NCBI GenBank assembly: GCA_964016885.1
Contig: OZ024743.1
Location: forward strand, 36,208,001-36,272,000
Length of the DNA: 64,000 bases
Origin: Eledone cirrhosa
Taxonomy: Eukaryota
Direction: 5' to 3'
Positions 1 to 13,464 of this stretch are shown in pieces (within the stretch, counting starts at the first letter, position 1; each line of letters starts with the position of its first letter). The notes under the pieces were generated by a model. That model was not told the origin of the DNA and searched no databases. It saw nothing but the letters and a program-made list of their open reading frames with translations. The translations under genes and the position numbers were made by a program.

Positions 1-320
1 CACAATTGCAAGGTTGTGAGTCTGATTCCTAATGATGCACTGTCCTTTATTTCATTGCTCCAGTCCATTCAGCAAGAAAAAAATTAGCTGTGGTGTTTTA
101 GTCTGACAAGGGGAGATAATCTTTCCAAGTCAATCAGCTGACAAAAATGAGTTGTACCTTTGATTCAAAAGGCCAGCAATTCATATTGCATTTCACTGAA
201 AACTACGTTAAGGGTTGACATGTCTGTGGAATTATTAGTCATTTGCATGTTAATTTCACACGCATGCTGTTCCGTTGATAGATATCAATTGGGAAACTCA
301 TCGTAGAGACCGGCGGAAGT
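1..320 (+). mobile_element. Degenerate tRNA/CORE-type SINE remnant
   Basis: 'ctccagtccattcagc...aaaaatgag' matches the SINE body at 31183-31320; the tail resembles 35520-35650. Confidence 0.5.
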
Positions 321-674
321 GCAAAACACATATACATTCCCCTACAACATGATCATATCTCAACTACTTGGACAAGGCCACCCGATGGTGCCATCATATT
401 CCTATTCAATCACTCCAGCTTTTCATTTTCCATACACAGCTCTCTCAGCTCGCAAAACAAACAAAAATCTCACCCCTTTTAGATATATATTCCCTACTGA
501 CAACAAGAAGTGCAAGCTGAACATCAGTCGCATTCACTTCAACACTCTGCTAGGATTGAAATATTTATGGGCACCATCATTCTTAGGAAGTAAAGATATA
601 CTGAGAGTGGTCGCCCATGTTCTCCTCAGTGCAAGCCATCGACTTAGAGAGGAATGAAGGAGGGGAGAAAGAGA

Positions 675-830
675 GAATTGACCGCGGTATTGAACTGTTA
701 CTTTATTTATCGACCTTTAAAGGATGAAATGAAAGTGAAGTTGACCGCGAGTTGAACTCAAAGTGCAGAGAGCCAGAACAAAAACTTCAAAGCATTCTAT
801 CCGAGCTCTTTAACGTCAACCTACCGCTCT
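675..830 (-). mobile_element. Old SINE copy (family A-related)
   Basis: Reverse of 'gagttcaa...gtcaactt...tttcatcc...gtcgataaa' core. Confidence 0.6.
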
Positions 831-1252
831 AAACAGGATGTACAGTTTAAATTGCCTGTTAATTGTTAGTATGATAATGTTTTCTAATGAGGATATATAA
901 TTATACTATGTTCACATACAATCAGCGTCAACAATTAGTTGTAGATTAATTCATTAATGTTGTATGCAATAATTAGCATCGGGTAAAATGCTTTGTGGTA
1001 TTTGTTCCGGTTCTCAACACCGAATTACACTTTCTGACCCTTTCAATTAACAAATAAAGTCCACCCGTCGGGCTTTCATATAATTTCAGTCTATCCAATT
1101 TCTCTCAGAAAAATTAGGTCTACCTGAAGCTTTGGTAAATGACACTTGCTCGAAAGGCCATGCCAAGCTTTCCTTCTATTGACCAGAATAGGATTCCAGT
1201 GGATTTTATGTAACATTTTGACGGTATCTAGTGTATAAAGCGTGCGTGTGTT

Positions 1253-1346
<94 letters not shown>

Positions 1347-1859
1347 ATAAATTTAGTGACATAAACATTGAAAAGTTTGTGTCAACGCATTTGACTTTTA
1401 AACTCGTGAAATTAAGAAATTAATTCTTAGTATCTTGAAATTATCTCTTGTTCTCTTTGGGTGTCGCTTAAAGTTATTACTTGTCGCCCTTCTCGAATTC
1501 AGAGGCAAATTTCAGTTAGATCACTTAAGTTATTTTTATAATATTTCCTTTTTTCTAATTAATTTCGTTAACTTAACTTATTTTTTATTACCAAACCTTA
1601 ACAATTACCAGTAAGTTTTTACTCTTTATCGCCTACTAAGAACATATTTTCAATTAATTGACAAGGTTTTTGCGTTCGTTATTCAGTATATCAATATTTA
1701 AATTCTTAATTTAAACTCATTAATGTTCCATTCAATTAAGGCAGGACCTATAAAACGATGTAGTGTTGGTGTGAATATCCCATCGAAGCCAAGCGAAATG
1801 TGTTCTTATTGAAAAGTATCTTATTACTTGTCGCTGAATATTACAGTCAGAAAAAAAAG

Positions 1860-2180
1860 ACAATGTGAAGCAGTTCATTAATACATTGTTTTACGATAAT
1901 TTCAGAGGGAAAAAAGAGTTTATCGATGCATAAACTAATCAATAACAGTGATACTATTAGCCTCGAAAAAGACATCCATTCTACCGTCTATTCTCAGAAA
2001 TAATGGTTTTGGAATTTTATTAAATAGACTAAAAAATCATTGTTTCTGAGTATAGACGGCAGAATGAAAGAGTTAGCTCATGGATAATAGTATAGATTAG
2101 TTTACATATCGATAAATGTTATTTTTCTCTCTGAAACGATCGTAAAACGATGGATTAATTAACTACTACAACCTGTCATA
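1860..2180. repeat. Degenerate ~320 bp inverted repeat, probably PLE-derived
   Basis: 'gttttacgataatttcagag' vs 'ctctgaaacgatcgtaaaac'; 'attctaccgtctattctcagaaataatg' vs 'cattgtttctgagtatagacggcagaat'; GAAAC-GATC-GTA hammerhead 3' half. Confidence 0.65.
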
Positions 2181-2276
2181 TTTATTTCATTTTTCACCCT
2201 TACACACACACATACACACACATACAAGCACACACACACACACACACATACACGCACACACAAGCACACATACGTT

Positions 2277-2307
<31 letters not shown>

Positions 2308-2339
2308 GGTAAAAAGAGGATTAACACAGATAAGCGGTA

Positions 2340-2565
2340 CAGCAGATTTCTTCCAGAGAAAGATAGAAAGTGAGAGAGAGGAAATGAGAAAGAGATATAG
2401 AGGAAGAATGGTCGCCAGTACTAGTCTAGTACATTTTTTATCGAAATCGAAAGGATGAAAGGCAAAGTTGATCTTGGCGGGATTTGAACTCAGAGAGCAG
2501 AAAGCCGGAACAAATACCATAAATCATTCTATCCGACGTTCTAACGACTCTGCCAATTAGCCTCA
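2340..2565 (-). mobile_element. Old SINE copy (family A-related subfamily)
   Basis: B-box GAGTTCAAATCC on minus strand; tail shared with 30562-30770. Confidence 0.7.
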
Positions 2566-2888
2566 CACATCTTGAAACCGTTACTCCGAGTTTCACGTTG
2601 CTAATAATCCCGAATGCACGAAAATCGGCGTAAAGGTTAGTAAAATGATCTACTTTCATGAAATATAACTCTATATGTTTGTTGACTACAGCTTTTCACT
2701 TTGTTTGAATAAAACATCCCACACATAGATTCACATTGATTCACACACAGATGTATATTTATTAGGTCTATATGTAAACATATGTAAATATGGACATAAT
2801 TACTTGAATACATTGAATGCATGTATTGTTTGGAACTATATACCTAATGCGTGTAAATATGCCTGCATATATGTATATTGACACTTAT

Positions 2889-3180
2889 ATTGTTCTTCTT
2901 TTTGGTAAATATCATCTTGGTTAAGAGAGTGAGACTGGTTTGTGCAGTGCCTTTGCTCACTATAAAAGCTTCACGGCACAGGCATTGCTTTATATCTGGA
3001 GATGTCTCTGCACTTGTCATCACATGGTATCATGGGCTCAGCATTATGTGTCAATAATTTTCAAGAGTTTTCAAGTCGCTGGCTGGACTAAAAAGTCACA
3101 CTCGTTCAGCGCATCGGTAGGGGTTCTCCTACATGGACATAAAGTAGTGGCCGTACTCGAAAACGAGTTGGCAGCCACCA
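2889..3180 (+). mobile_element. 5'-truncated copy of the bipartite RTE-derived element
   Basis: Near-identical to 33110-33421; ends GAGTTGGCAGCCACCA followed by TA/TATG repeats. Confidence 0.85.
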
Positions 3181-3624
3181 TATATGTATATATGTATATA
3201 TGTTTATACGTTTATGTATGTATGCATGTAAGTATGTATGTATATATATATATGAGTGTGTGTGTCGTGTGTGTGTGTATTAATGGTTAACGCAGACATA
3301 TCTGTGGTTAATGAACCATCTGTTCATTTCATCCCATCGTAAATTAATACATAACAATTAAAAGCATTCCACTGTGTCTGGATGTCAATGGTGACACACG
3401 CACCCACATACGCATAGAAGTATAGTTACACGCCCACAAACACACACACCTAGATACAGTTACAGAGAAAGACAAACCTAATCTATCAAGGATAGTGTAT
3501 GAACCTATACTAAACATGCACTAAATAAAGAACTCAATACTATTTGTAGGTTTATTCTGTTATTCCTTTACTAGTTACAGCTATTAGATTGCGGACTTCA
3601 TGGGACGCCACGATTTAAAAGTTT

Positions 3625-3760
3625 TAACCGTTTAGCATTTAAACCGGCTGTATCCGGCCAGAATTCTCTCACCTTTTCTGTTCAAACCGCCTGTAACTGG
3701 CCACTCATACTGATGTTAAGGTATTTTTCTCAAAATAAATTATATCAAAATCTCATAGAT
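3625..3760 (+). mobile_element. Left half of piggyBac-type MITE
   Basis: Homologous to 25788-25930; starts TTAACCGTTTAGCATTTAAACC; ends where the satellite begins. Confidence 0.75.
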
Positions 3761-3761
3761 T

Positions 3762-6700
3762 CAGGAGAGTCAGTGTTACACAGCAGAGTCAGTGTTACAC
3801 AGGAGAGTCAGTGTTACACAGGAGAGTCAATGTTACACAGGAGAGTCAATGTTACACAGGAGAGTCAGTGTTACACGAGAGAGTCAGTGTTACACAGGAG
3901 AGTCAATGTTACTCAGGAGAGTCAGTGTTACACAGGAGAGTCAGTGTTACACAGGAGAGTCATTGTTACACAGGAGAGTCAGTGTTACACAGGAGAGTCA
4001 ATGTTACACAGGAAAGTCAGTGTTACACAGGAGAGTCAACGTTACACAGGAAAGTTAGTGTTACACTGGAGAGTCAATGTTACACATGAGAGTCAGTGTT
4101 ACACTGGAGAGTCAGTGTTACACAGGAGAGTCAATGTTGCTCAGGAGAGTCAATGTTACACAGGAGAGACAGTGTTACACTGGAGAATCAATGTTACACA
4201 GGAGAGTCAATGTTACACAGGAGAGTCAATGTTACCCAGGAGAGACAGTGTTACACTGGAGAATCAATGTTACACAGGAGAGTCAATATTACACAGGAGA
4301 GTCAATGTTACTCAGGAGAGTCAATGTTACACAGGAGAGTCAATGTTACACAGGAGAGTCAATGTTACACAGGAGAGTTAATGTTACACAGGAGAGTCAA
4401 TGTTACACTGGAGAGTCAGTGTCACACATGAGAATCAGTGTTACTCAGGAGAGTCAATGTTACACAGCAGAGTCAATATTACACTGGAGAGTCAATGTTA
4501 AACAGGAGAGTCAGTGTTACACAGGAGAGTCAGTGTTACACAGGAGAGTCATTGTTACACAGGAGAGTCAGTGTTACACAGGAGAGTCAATGTTACACAG
4601 GAAAGTCAGTGTTACACAGGAGAGTCAACGTTACACAGGAAAGTTAGTGTTACACTGGAGAGTCAATGTTACACATGAGAGTCAGTGTTACACTGGAGAG
4701 TCAGTGTTACACAGGAGAGTCAATGTTGCTCAGGAGAGTCAATGTTACACAGGAGAGACAGTGTTACACTGGAGAATCAATGTTACACAGGAGAGTCAAT
4801 GTTACACAGGAGAGTCAATGTTACCCAGGAGAGACAGTGTTACACTGGAGAATCAATGTTACACAGGAGAGTCAATATTACACAGGAGAGTCAATGTTAC
4901 TCAGGAGAGTCAATGTTACACAGGAGAGTCAATGTTACACAGGAGAGTCAATGTTACACAGGAGAGTTAATGTTACACAGGAGAGTCAATGTTACACTGG
5001 AGAGTCAGTGTCACACATGAGAATCAGTGTTACTCAGGAGAGTCAATGTTACACAGCAGAGTCAATATTACACTGGAGAGTCAATGTTAAACAGGAGAGT
5101 CAGTGTTACACAGGAGAGTCAGTGTTACACTGGAGAGTCAATGTTACACAGGAGAGTCAGTGTTACACGGGAGAGTCAATTTTACACAGGAGAGTCAGTG
5201 TTACACAGGAGAGTCAGTGTTACACAGGAGAGTCAATGTTACACAAGAGAGTCAATGTTACACAGGAGAGTCAGTGTTACACGGGAGAGTCAGTGTTACA
5301 CAGGAGAGTCAATGTTACTCAGGAGAGTCAGTGTTACACAGGAGAGTCAGTGTTACACGGGAGAGTCAGTGTTACACAGGAGAGTCAATGTTACTCAGGA
5401 GAGTCAGTGTTACACAGGAGAGTTAGTGTTACACTGGAGAGTCAATGTTACACAGGAGAGTCAGTGTTACACAGGAGAGTCAGTGTTACACGGCAGAGTC
5501 AATTTTACACAGTAGAATCAGTGTTACACTGGAGAGTCAATGTTACACAGGAGAGTCAGTGTTACACGGCAGAGTCAATTTTACACAGTAGAATCAGTGT
5601 TACACTGGAGAGTCAATGTTACACAGGAGAGTCAGTGTTACACGGGAGAGTCAATTTTACACAGGAGAGTCAGTGTTACAGAGGAGAGTCAGTGTTACAC
5701 AGGAGAGTCAATGTTACACAGGAGAGTCAATGTTACACAGGAGAGTCAGTGTTACACGGGAGAGTCAGTGTTACACAGGAGAGTCAATGTTACTCAGGAG
5801 AGTCAGTGTTACACAGGAGAGTCAGTGTTACACAGGAGACTCAATGTTACACAGGAGAGTCAGTGTTACACAGGAGAGTCAATGTTACACAGGAGAGTCA
5901 ATGTTTCACAGAAGAGTCAGTGTTACACAGGAGAGTCAATGTTACACAGGAGAGTCAATGTTACACAGGAGAGTCAATGTTACACTGGAGAGTCAGTGTT
6001 ACACAGGAGAGTCAGTGTTACACAGGAGAGTCAATGTTACACAGGAGAATCAGTGTTACACAGGATAGTCAGTGTTACACTGGAGAGTCAATGTTAAACA
6101 GGAGAGTCAGTGTTACACAGGAGAGTCAGTTTTACACGGGAGAGTCAATTTTACACAGGAGAATCAGTGTTACACAGGAGAGTCAATGTTTCACATGAGA
6201 GTCAGTGTTACACAGGAGAGTCAATGTTGCACAGGAGAGTCAGTATTACACTGGAGAGTCAATGTTACACAGGAGAGTCAGTGTTACACAGGAGAGTCAG
6301 TGTTACACAGGAGAGTCAATGTTACACAGGAGAGTCAATGTTACACAGGAGAGTCAGTGTTACACAGGAGAGTCAGTGTTACTCAGGGGAGTCAGTGTTA
6401 CACGGGAGAGTCAGTGTTACACTGGAGAGTTAGAGTTACACAAGAGGGTCAATGTTACTCAGGAGAGTCAGTGTTACACAGGAGATTAAATGTTACACAG
6501 GGGAGTGAATGTTACACGGGAGAGCAGTGTTACACAGGAGAGTCAATGTTACTCAGGAGAGTCAGTGTTACACAGGAGAGTCAATGTTACTCAGGAGAGT
6601 CAGTGTTACACAGGAGAGTCAATGTTACACGGGAGAGTCAGTGTTACACTGGAGAGTTAGTGTTACACTGGAGAGTCAGTGTTACTCAGGAGAGTCAGTG

Positions 6701-6859
6701 TTACACAGCAGAGTCAGTGTTACACTGGAGAGTCAGTGTTACTCAGGAGAGTCAGTGTTACACCGGAAAGTCAGTGTTACTCAGGAGAGTCAATGTTACT
6801 CAGGAGAGTCAGTGTTACACAGGAGAGTCAGTGTTACTCAGGAGAGTCAGTGTTACACA
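3762..6859 (+). repeat. 19-bp tandem satellite (CAGGAGAGTCA[G/A]TGTTACA), ~160 units
   Basis: Directly visible period; includes a 589-bp (31-unit) higher-order duplication. Confidence 0.97.
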
Positions 6860-7326
6860 CCGCCTCACATTGAGTCTCCCTGATTATTAACTTTATTCAG
6901 TGTAGAACTGTAAACTCGTTTTTTTGTTTTGGTTGGTGTGTCATCATTTTACCATCACATAATTCGTCAATATGGAATCTAATAGCCAGATTTCTGTGGT
7001 TCTGCCACCATAAGAGATGACACGTCTTCTGACATCTTGATCCGAGCAAATCGCGCAAATGACAAGATGCACAGGAACGATAAAAACCAACCAGTCACTC
7101 AAAACAGGATCAAAGACTTATTTGAGGATCATTAACAAGTATTATGTATTATGTACAAAGGGCTTGGGCGCGCAGCTGATCGCTTTTAGATGTCCTGTAT
7201 TAAGCGCCGAAACATCTCGGTTTTATAGCTGATGAAGGATTTATTTTCTTCTCTTGTTTCGTCCATACTACCATCTTAAACTTTGTTTACAGTAACCACA
7301 CAGGTCCTTCGTTTCTTATAAGTTTG

Positions 7327-7369
<43 letters not shown>

Positions 7370-7475
7370 TATATAGAAGCACGTACACAAAAATACGTGC
7401 ACACATACATAAACCTGCGCAACACCTGTACGCGCGCACATACGAACGTATACACTAAATACACGGGTTTTTGTA

Positions 7476-7508
<33 letters not shown>

Positions 7509-7524
7509 ATGCATACACACACAG

Positions 7525-7578
<54 letters not shown>

Positions 7579-7580
<2 letters not shown>

Positions 7581-7767
7581 CGAAGGAAATGTGGTAAGGA
7601 ACGAGGTGGACCATAACGCACCAAAGTACTCAATACTTAGGGTAGTAGAGTGGGTAATAGGAACAAGTAAGACCCCGACGGCTGAGCTCAAGCCGTTTCG
7701 ACGGCTAATTCTGTACAGAATTAGCCGTCGAAACGGCTTGAGCTCAGCCGTCGGGGTCTTACTTGTT

Positions 7768-7772
<5 letters not shown>
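7579..7772 (-). mobile_element. Fold-back hammerhead-derived element in (TA)n, family P1
   Basis: Perfect 116-bp palindrome 7657-7772 plus ~80 bp one-sided tail; homologues at 22642, 32415, 36358, 52256. Confidence 0.85.
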
Positions 7773-7816
<44 letters not shown>

Positions 7817-8179
7817 AAGGCCCCCATTGGTCACTAATGACCATGGTTTTGCACCTGGAAAGTTTTCCCTCCGAGGCAAGGTTTTGTCTGTGGAAGACCA
7901 GCAGTCGCCCGTGTATGCCAGTCTCGCCTCTCCATGTCATTGGTGTTGTCTAATGGAAAGGCAATGACCGATATGTATACAGCGTAAGTCATAAGTAACC
8001 GGGCAGTCCACCATTTAAATCCCAAATAATATTTACTAAAATTCTGGTAATACATTACGAACTTATAAATACATTATAAATACATTACGAAATACATTAT
8101 AAATACATTACGAATTTATAAATACAACAAACAATAGCAGTTATGTATATATATATTTATATATATATATATATATATT

Positions 8180-8507
<328 letters not shown>

Positions 8508-8664
8508 AATTGGTGATTCCGGTTACTAAATAAATAAAGCATTCGACGTTATGCAAATCATCCATAGTAGATGTATCCCGTCGCTGGTGTAGGAATATAG
8601 TTGAATATTCATTAATAACAACAGAAGGCCAGACTGGAAACTTTCTTCATTTTAATCCCGCCAA

Positions 8665-8732
8665 AACACTATACATGGCTCAGTTTCATCATCCGATCCT
8701 GATGCAAGACTTAGGCGATTTCATCAGGTGTT
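8665..8732 (-). ncRNA. Hammerhead ribozyme-like motif (degenerate)
   Basis: AACAC-CTGATGA...GAAAC...ATA-GTGTT; stem III imperfect. Confidence 0.5.
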
Positions 8733-9066
8733 GATAGCAGAATCAGTTGTATAAGATAACAAGATTACGGCAAACATAAACAAAGAATACATTTTGTTCG
8801 GGGATGGTTTGCCAATTCGGTGTTACTATAACGGAAAACTCTATGTAGTATGTATGTATGTATGTATGTATGTATGTATGTATGTATGTATGTATGTATG
8901 TATGTATGTATGCATGTATGTATGTATGTATATTTAAGGTTGTATCTTCGCAATTTTGTGGTCCGACAAAAAGAATTAGATCTATAAAATAAGCACATGA
9001 GTCAAAACGATCGACAAAATTCAAAGCCGTGATACAGCAAGATCACAATCTAATAACTAAGACCCG

Positions 9067-9158
<92 letters not shown>

Positions 9159-9780
9159 GGGTTTACAAACACACCGAGCATTGTAATAAATGTTCGGTGA
9201 ATCCATACGTACATACATATATGTGTGCATGTATGTATATATATATATATACATACTACTGTACGTCTGTATACATATATGTATGTACGGGTACATACTT
9301 ATATATATATATATATAAGAAAAATGGAGTGCCGCGTGGTTGCACATGGGTTACATATGAATAAAATTAGTCCTTCATGAGTGATCTTCCAACCTTCATT
9401 GGCGACCTGTCTGTTTCTTTCTTACTGCTTCCCCTCTCTCTGTATCTCTCACCTTCTTTTTACCCCATCTGCCAGTCACGCTCTCTCTCAGCTGGCCTCT
9501 TCCTCACACTTCCAATCACTCACTCTCTGCTTCTCCCCCTCTCTCACTTCCTCTCGTTTGACCTATGTGAAATCCTTTTCTCGCTCACATCTCACCCAGG
9601 TCGGATGGTCTGTATCTCTCGTCCATGATTTCACCAAGCTTAAGCTTATAGATATCATGTACTTGTCTCTTCCTATCTTTCTGTTGCAATACCATCTTTG
9701 TTTGTTTACATGTCTCGGCTCGCTTCAACCTATTTTACTTGTCTCAATAACTTTATTTAGTTATTGCTTGCACCTACCAG

Positions 9781-9850
<70 letters not shown>

Positions 9851-9854
<4 letters not shown>

Positions 9855-10010
9855 GTAATATTAATAACAATATTCGATTCGTTTGCAATTATGCAAACAA
9901 GCCTCATTTTTAAAGCCATGTCAGTAGAATGAGCCCCTCATTATTGCTTTTGTGTTAATATTCGAAAAACTCAGATTACATTCATTGTATTCAGTCAAGT
10001 AGAGCGAACA

Positions 10011-10012
<2 letters not shown>
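9851..10012 (-). mobile_element. PLE-LTR-like fragment in (TA)n (family of 59616-59945)
   Basis: Near-identical to arms at 59650-59740 and 59915-59945. Confidence 0.8.
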
Positions 10013-10094
<82 letters not shown>

Positions 10095-10097
<3 letters not shown>

Positions 10098-10297
10098 CGG
10101 TGCTGAGATTGAGGAGACCATAAATCAGGGGAGTACTCTAGGCTGGGAGAAAATACCAGAGTGGGTATAGAGAGTGGAAACAACCCGACCGCGACACCAA
10201 GCGGTTTCGGCTTGCATTTGTCAATCATTTTCCGCACACCTTTGAAAACGCTTGCCGAATACAAGTTGAAACAGCTTAGCGTCACGGGCTTTAAACC
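10095..10297 (-). mobile_element. Degenerate fold-back element (P1-related)
   Basis: 'ccaagcggtttcggcttg' vs 'caagttgaaacagcttag'; homologue at 63807-63930. Confidence 0.6.
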
Positions 10298-10307
10298 TCT
10301 CTCTCTG

Positions 10308-10355
<48 letters not shown>

Positions 10356-10432
10356 AACACACAAACACACACACACATATATATATATATATACACACAT
10401 ATAAGCATATATATATACATACACACACAGGC

Positions 10433-10467
<35 letters not shown>

Positions 10468-10481
10468 TATAGGCATATATC

Positions 10482-10533
<52 letters not shown>

Positions 10534-11137
10534 TATACAATTAGTGCCTATAATACATATCTGAGATGTGTATACATACATATACAGTAGTTATTTTATT
10601 ATAAAGGTTATAAAGACGGAGAGTAGAAGGCGTGACCCCCCCCCCCTCTCTACTTTCTTTCGGCGGCTTTTCGTAAGCTTAGCTTATTATTGACCAATGA
10701 AAAAGAACGTCACAGGAGACATTCGAGAAGACGTGTTGCTAACAGGACGCCGATTGGTCGTGTTTAAATAACGACTGTAATATTCTCACAAGTAGGCGGT
10801 AAGAATGTCAGACAGTAAGTAATACAAGAGATAAAGAATGAGGAAGTTGTAAAGTGGGTGGTGGTTTCATTTCAATGGTAACTGTAGCAGTAGTAGTAAC
10901 AGTACATTTTATCACTGTAATTGGTGATAATAGTGGTGGTGGGGCTTACATGTATGAGAACAGAGGAAGTGGTGAGTGGTAGAAGGAGGAGGTGAGTTGT
11001 TGTAAAGGAGGCGGTGTTTCATTTGCTGTTACAACAGCAGCAGCAGCAGCAGCAGCAGTAGCAGCAGCAGTGACAGCGGCAGTTGTGCAGTTGCTCAGCA
11101 GTTTGACACTACATGTATGTGCCTGTGTTTATATGTG

Positions 11138-11193
<56 letters not shown>

Positions 11194-11241
11194 TATATAT
11201 ATATATATACATACATGCATATGCATGTATATATTAAAACA

Positions 11242-11301
<60 letters not shown>

Positions 11302-11463
11302 TATATATATATATATGTACATATCGATACACACATTCATACACTCATACACATACATGTTTCTGTGTACTGTGTGTATGCTGTATGTACGTATGCATGT
11401 AGAAACAGAGAGAACGAGAGTTGTATGCGTACATAATACATCATTATGTATGTATATATATAT

Positions 11464-11498
<35 letters not shown>

Positions 11499-11703
11499 AG
11501 CGCGCATGCATTCTCCATTTTCCCATCCTCCCTCCCTCCCTTATCATATTAGCTACTTTCTCTCTCTCTCTCTCCCCCTCCCCTGTTATATCACGTCTTT
11601 ATTCTACTTCTTACTACTTCTTCCACCCACATCCACCTCCTATTGCTCCAAGTCCCACTTTACTCTTTGATCTTTTCTTTTTTTTCTTCTTCTTCTTCTT
11701 CAT

Positions 11704-11753
11704 CTACTACTACTACTACTTCTACTACTACTACTACTACTATTACTACCACC

Positions 11754-11799
<46 letters not shown>

Positions 11800-11829
11800 G
11801 CACCACTACTACTACTATTACTACCACCG

Positions 11830-11893
<64 letters not shown>

Positions 11894-11894
11894 C

Positions 11895-11926
<32 letters not shown>

Positions 11927-12077
11927 CACCACTACTACTACTATTACTACTACTACTACTACCACCACCACCACCACCACGACCACCACTACCACTACTA
12001 CTACTACTACTACTACTATTAATACTACTACCACCACCACCACCACCACCACCACCACTATTACTACTACTACTACT
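11704..12077. repeat. (TAC/CAC)n trinucleotide array
   Basis: Direct observation. Confidence 0.95.
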
Positions 12078-12657
12078 AGTTTATTCTGTTTATTCATCAT
12101 CATTATAATCTTTTTTCTTTCTCACACTCAATGTTTTTCTCAGTCCCACCCCTCTCACTCTATCTTCAATCCTCTCTCTTTCCCATCGCCCCTCTCTCTA
12201 TATTTTTATATCACTCTCCCTCTCCCTGTTTCCCATCTCTGTATCTTTCTATATACCTCTCTCTCTCTCCCTCTCATTCCCTCTCTCCCTTCACCCATCT
12301 TTCTTTCCCCCTCATTCTTCTAACCATCTGTCCCTCTCTATCACACGCTTTATTCTTCATCCCTTCACATGTCTCTCTCTATCTGTCTGCATATCTCTCT
12401 TCCTCTCCCTCTCTCCCTCACTCCCCCCTCTCTCTATCTCCCTTTCTCTCTCTCTCTCCCCACCTCTGCTCCTCCCTCTTTACCCTCCCTTCTTTCACCT
12501 ACATCCATTTATATGCCACTATTCTCTGCTGTACTCTACATCCTCTTTCTCTTCAAGGTAACGAGGAAGTCACTCTACCTGGTTGCACAAATCACACCCA
12601 TATCATATCGTCTTACCATTGAGGGAGGATTATAATTGATATTATATAGTCCGCCAA

Positions 12658-12850
12658 GGGCGGTGGATTGCCAGTATCGGTAGAGGGTCGGGCGCCATGC
12701 TTTGAAGCATAGAGTTACCTCCCTTTATTATCTGAGTTCAAATCCCGCCGAGGTTAACTTTGCCTTTCATCCTTACGGGGTCGATAAAATAAAGTACCAG
12801 TAATGTACTGGGATAATTGCTGGCCTGGTGCCAAAAGTAGAAACAATTAT
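12658..12850 (+). mobile_element. tRNA-derived SINE family A, full length
   Basis: Degenerate A-box TGCCAGTATCGG (TGGCAGTATCGG in other copies), B-box GAGTTCAAATCC, TSD-like ATTATAYAGTCCGC. Confidence 0.9.
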
Positions 12851-12954
12851 ACAGTCCGCTATATAGTAGCATATCTGAATAAAAGATGGGGTGGTCACAC
12901 CCGGAACATCATTAATCATACAGCCACACCATCAGATAAACTCACCACTATCTA

Positions 12955-13015
12955 TCAAACTCCCCATTTGTATTTGTCCCCTTCTTTTGTGCCCTTGTAG
13001 CTAATAAAGAAATCC
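12955..13015 (+). mobile_element. 3'-end fragment of the Tx1-like LINE
   Basis: Matches 56754-56812 (TTTGTATTTGTCCCC...GCTAATAAAGAAA). Confidence 0.8.
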
Positions 13016-13078
13016 CTCTCTCTCTCTCTAATACCAACACTATTCGTACTGCACTCCTTGTTTTTGTTTTGTTCTTTG

Positions 13079-13189
<111 letters not shown>

Positions 13190-13251
13190 GAGAAGATCCC
13201 GTTAAGGGTGAAAGCAGCAATTCCTTGCTTAAACTTTAATCTGTTATTTTA

Positions 13252-13256
<5 letters not shown>
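13190..13256 (+). mobile_element. PLE-LTR-like fragment in (TA)n, family P4
   Basis: Same sequence at 14480-14545 (minus) and as an inverted repeat at 22545-22630. Confidence 0.7.
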
Positions 13257-13296
<40 letters not shown>

Positions 13297-13300
<4 letters not shown>

Positions 13301-13418
13301 TTCTCCGGAATGAAACAGTTCTAGTCCTGTAAAGGCCTGTAGAAGCCTTTCTACATTAAATAAAAAAATACTTTGCTTTGTATTGAGTACCTTACTTACT
13401 GTGGTTACCCCCGATAAA

Positions 13419-13420
<2 letters not shown>
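13297..13420 (+). mobile_element. PLE-LTR-like fragment in (TA)n, family P5
   Basis: GAAAC-AGTTCTA-GTC-CTGT hammerhead 3' half; homologues at 22293-22350 and 24057-24203. Confidence 0.7.

Positions 13421-13461
<41 letters not shown>

Positions 13462-13464
<3 letters not shown>

Noticed and set aside
319-657. 112-aa ORF
   Set aside because: No recognisable motif, a GTG start, and located between SINE remnants.
3762-6859. CRISPR-like array
   Set aside because: Head-to-tail repeats with no unique spacers, no cas genes, and a eukaryotic context.
3713-6890. Long ORFs of QESQCYTGES repeats (up to 510 aa)
   Set aside because: A 19-bp unit cycles through all three frames; this is a satellite translation artefact.
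11117-12323. Poly-Thr/Tyr/His ORFs (also poly-Ser/Leu/Val at 61511-62216)
   Set aside because: Trinucleotide microsatellites with no other coding evidence.
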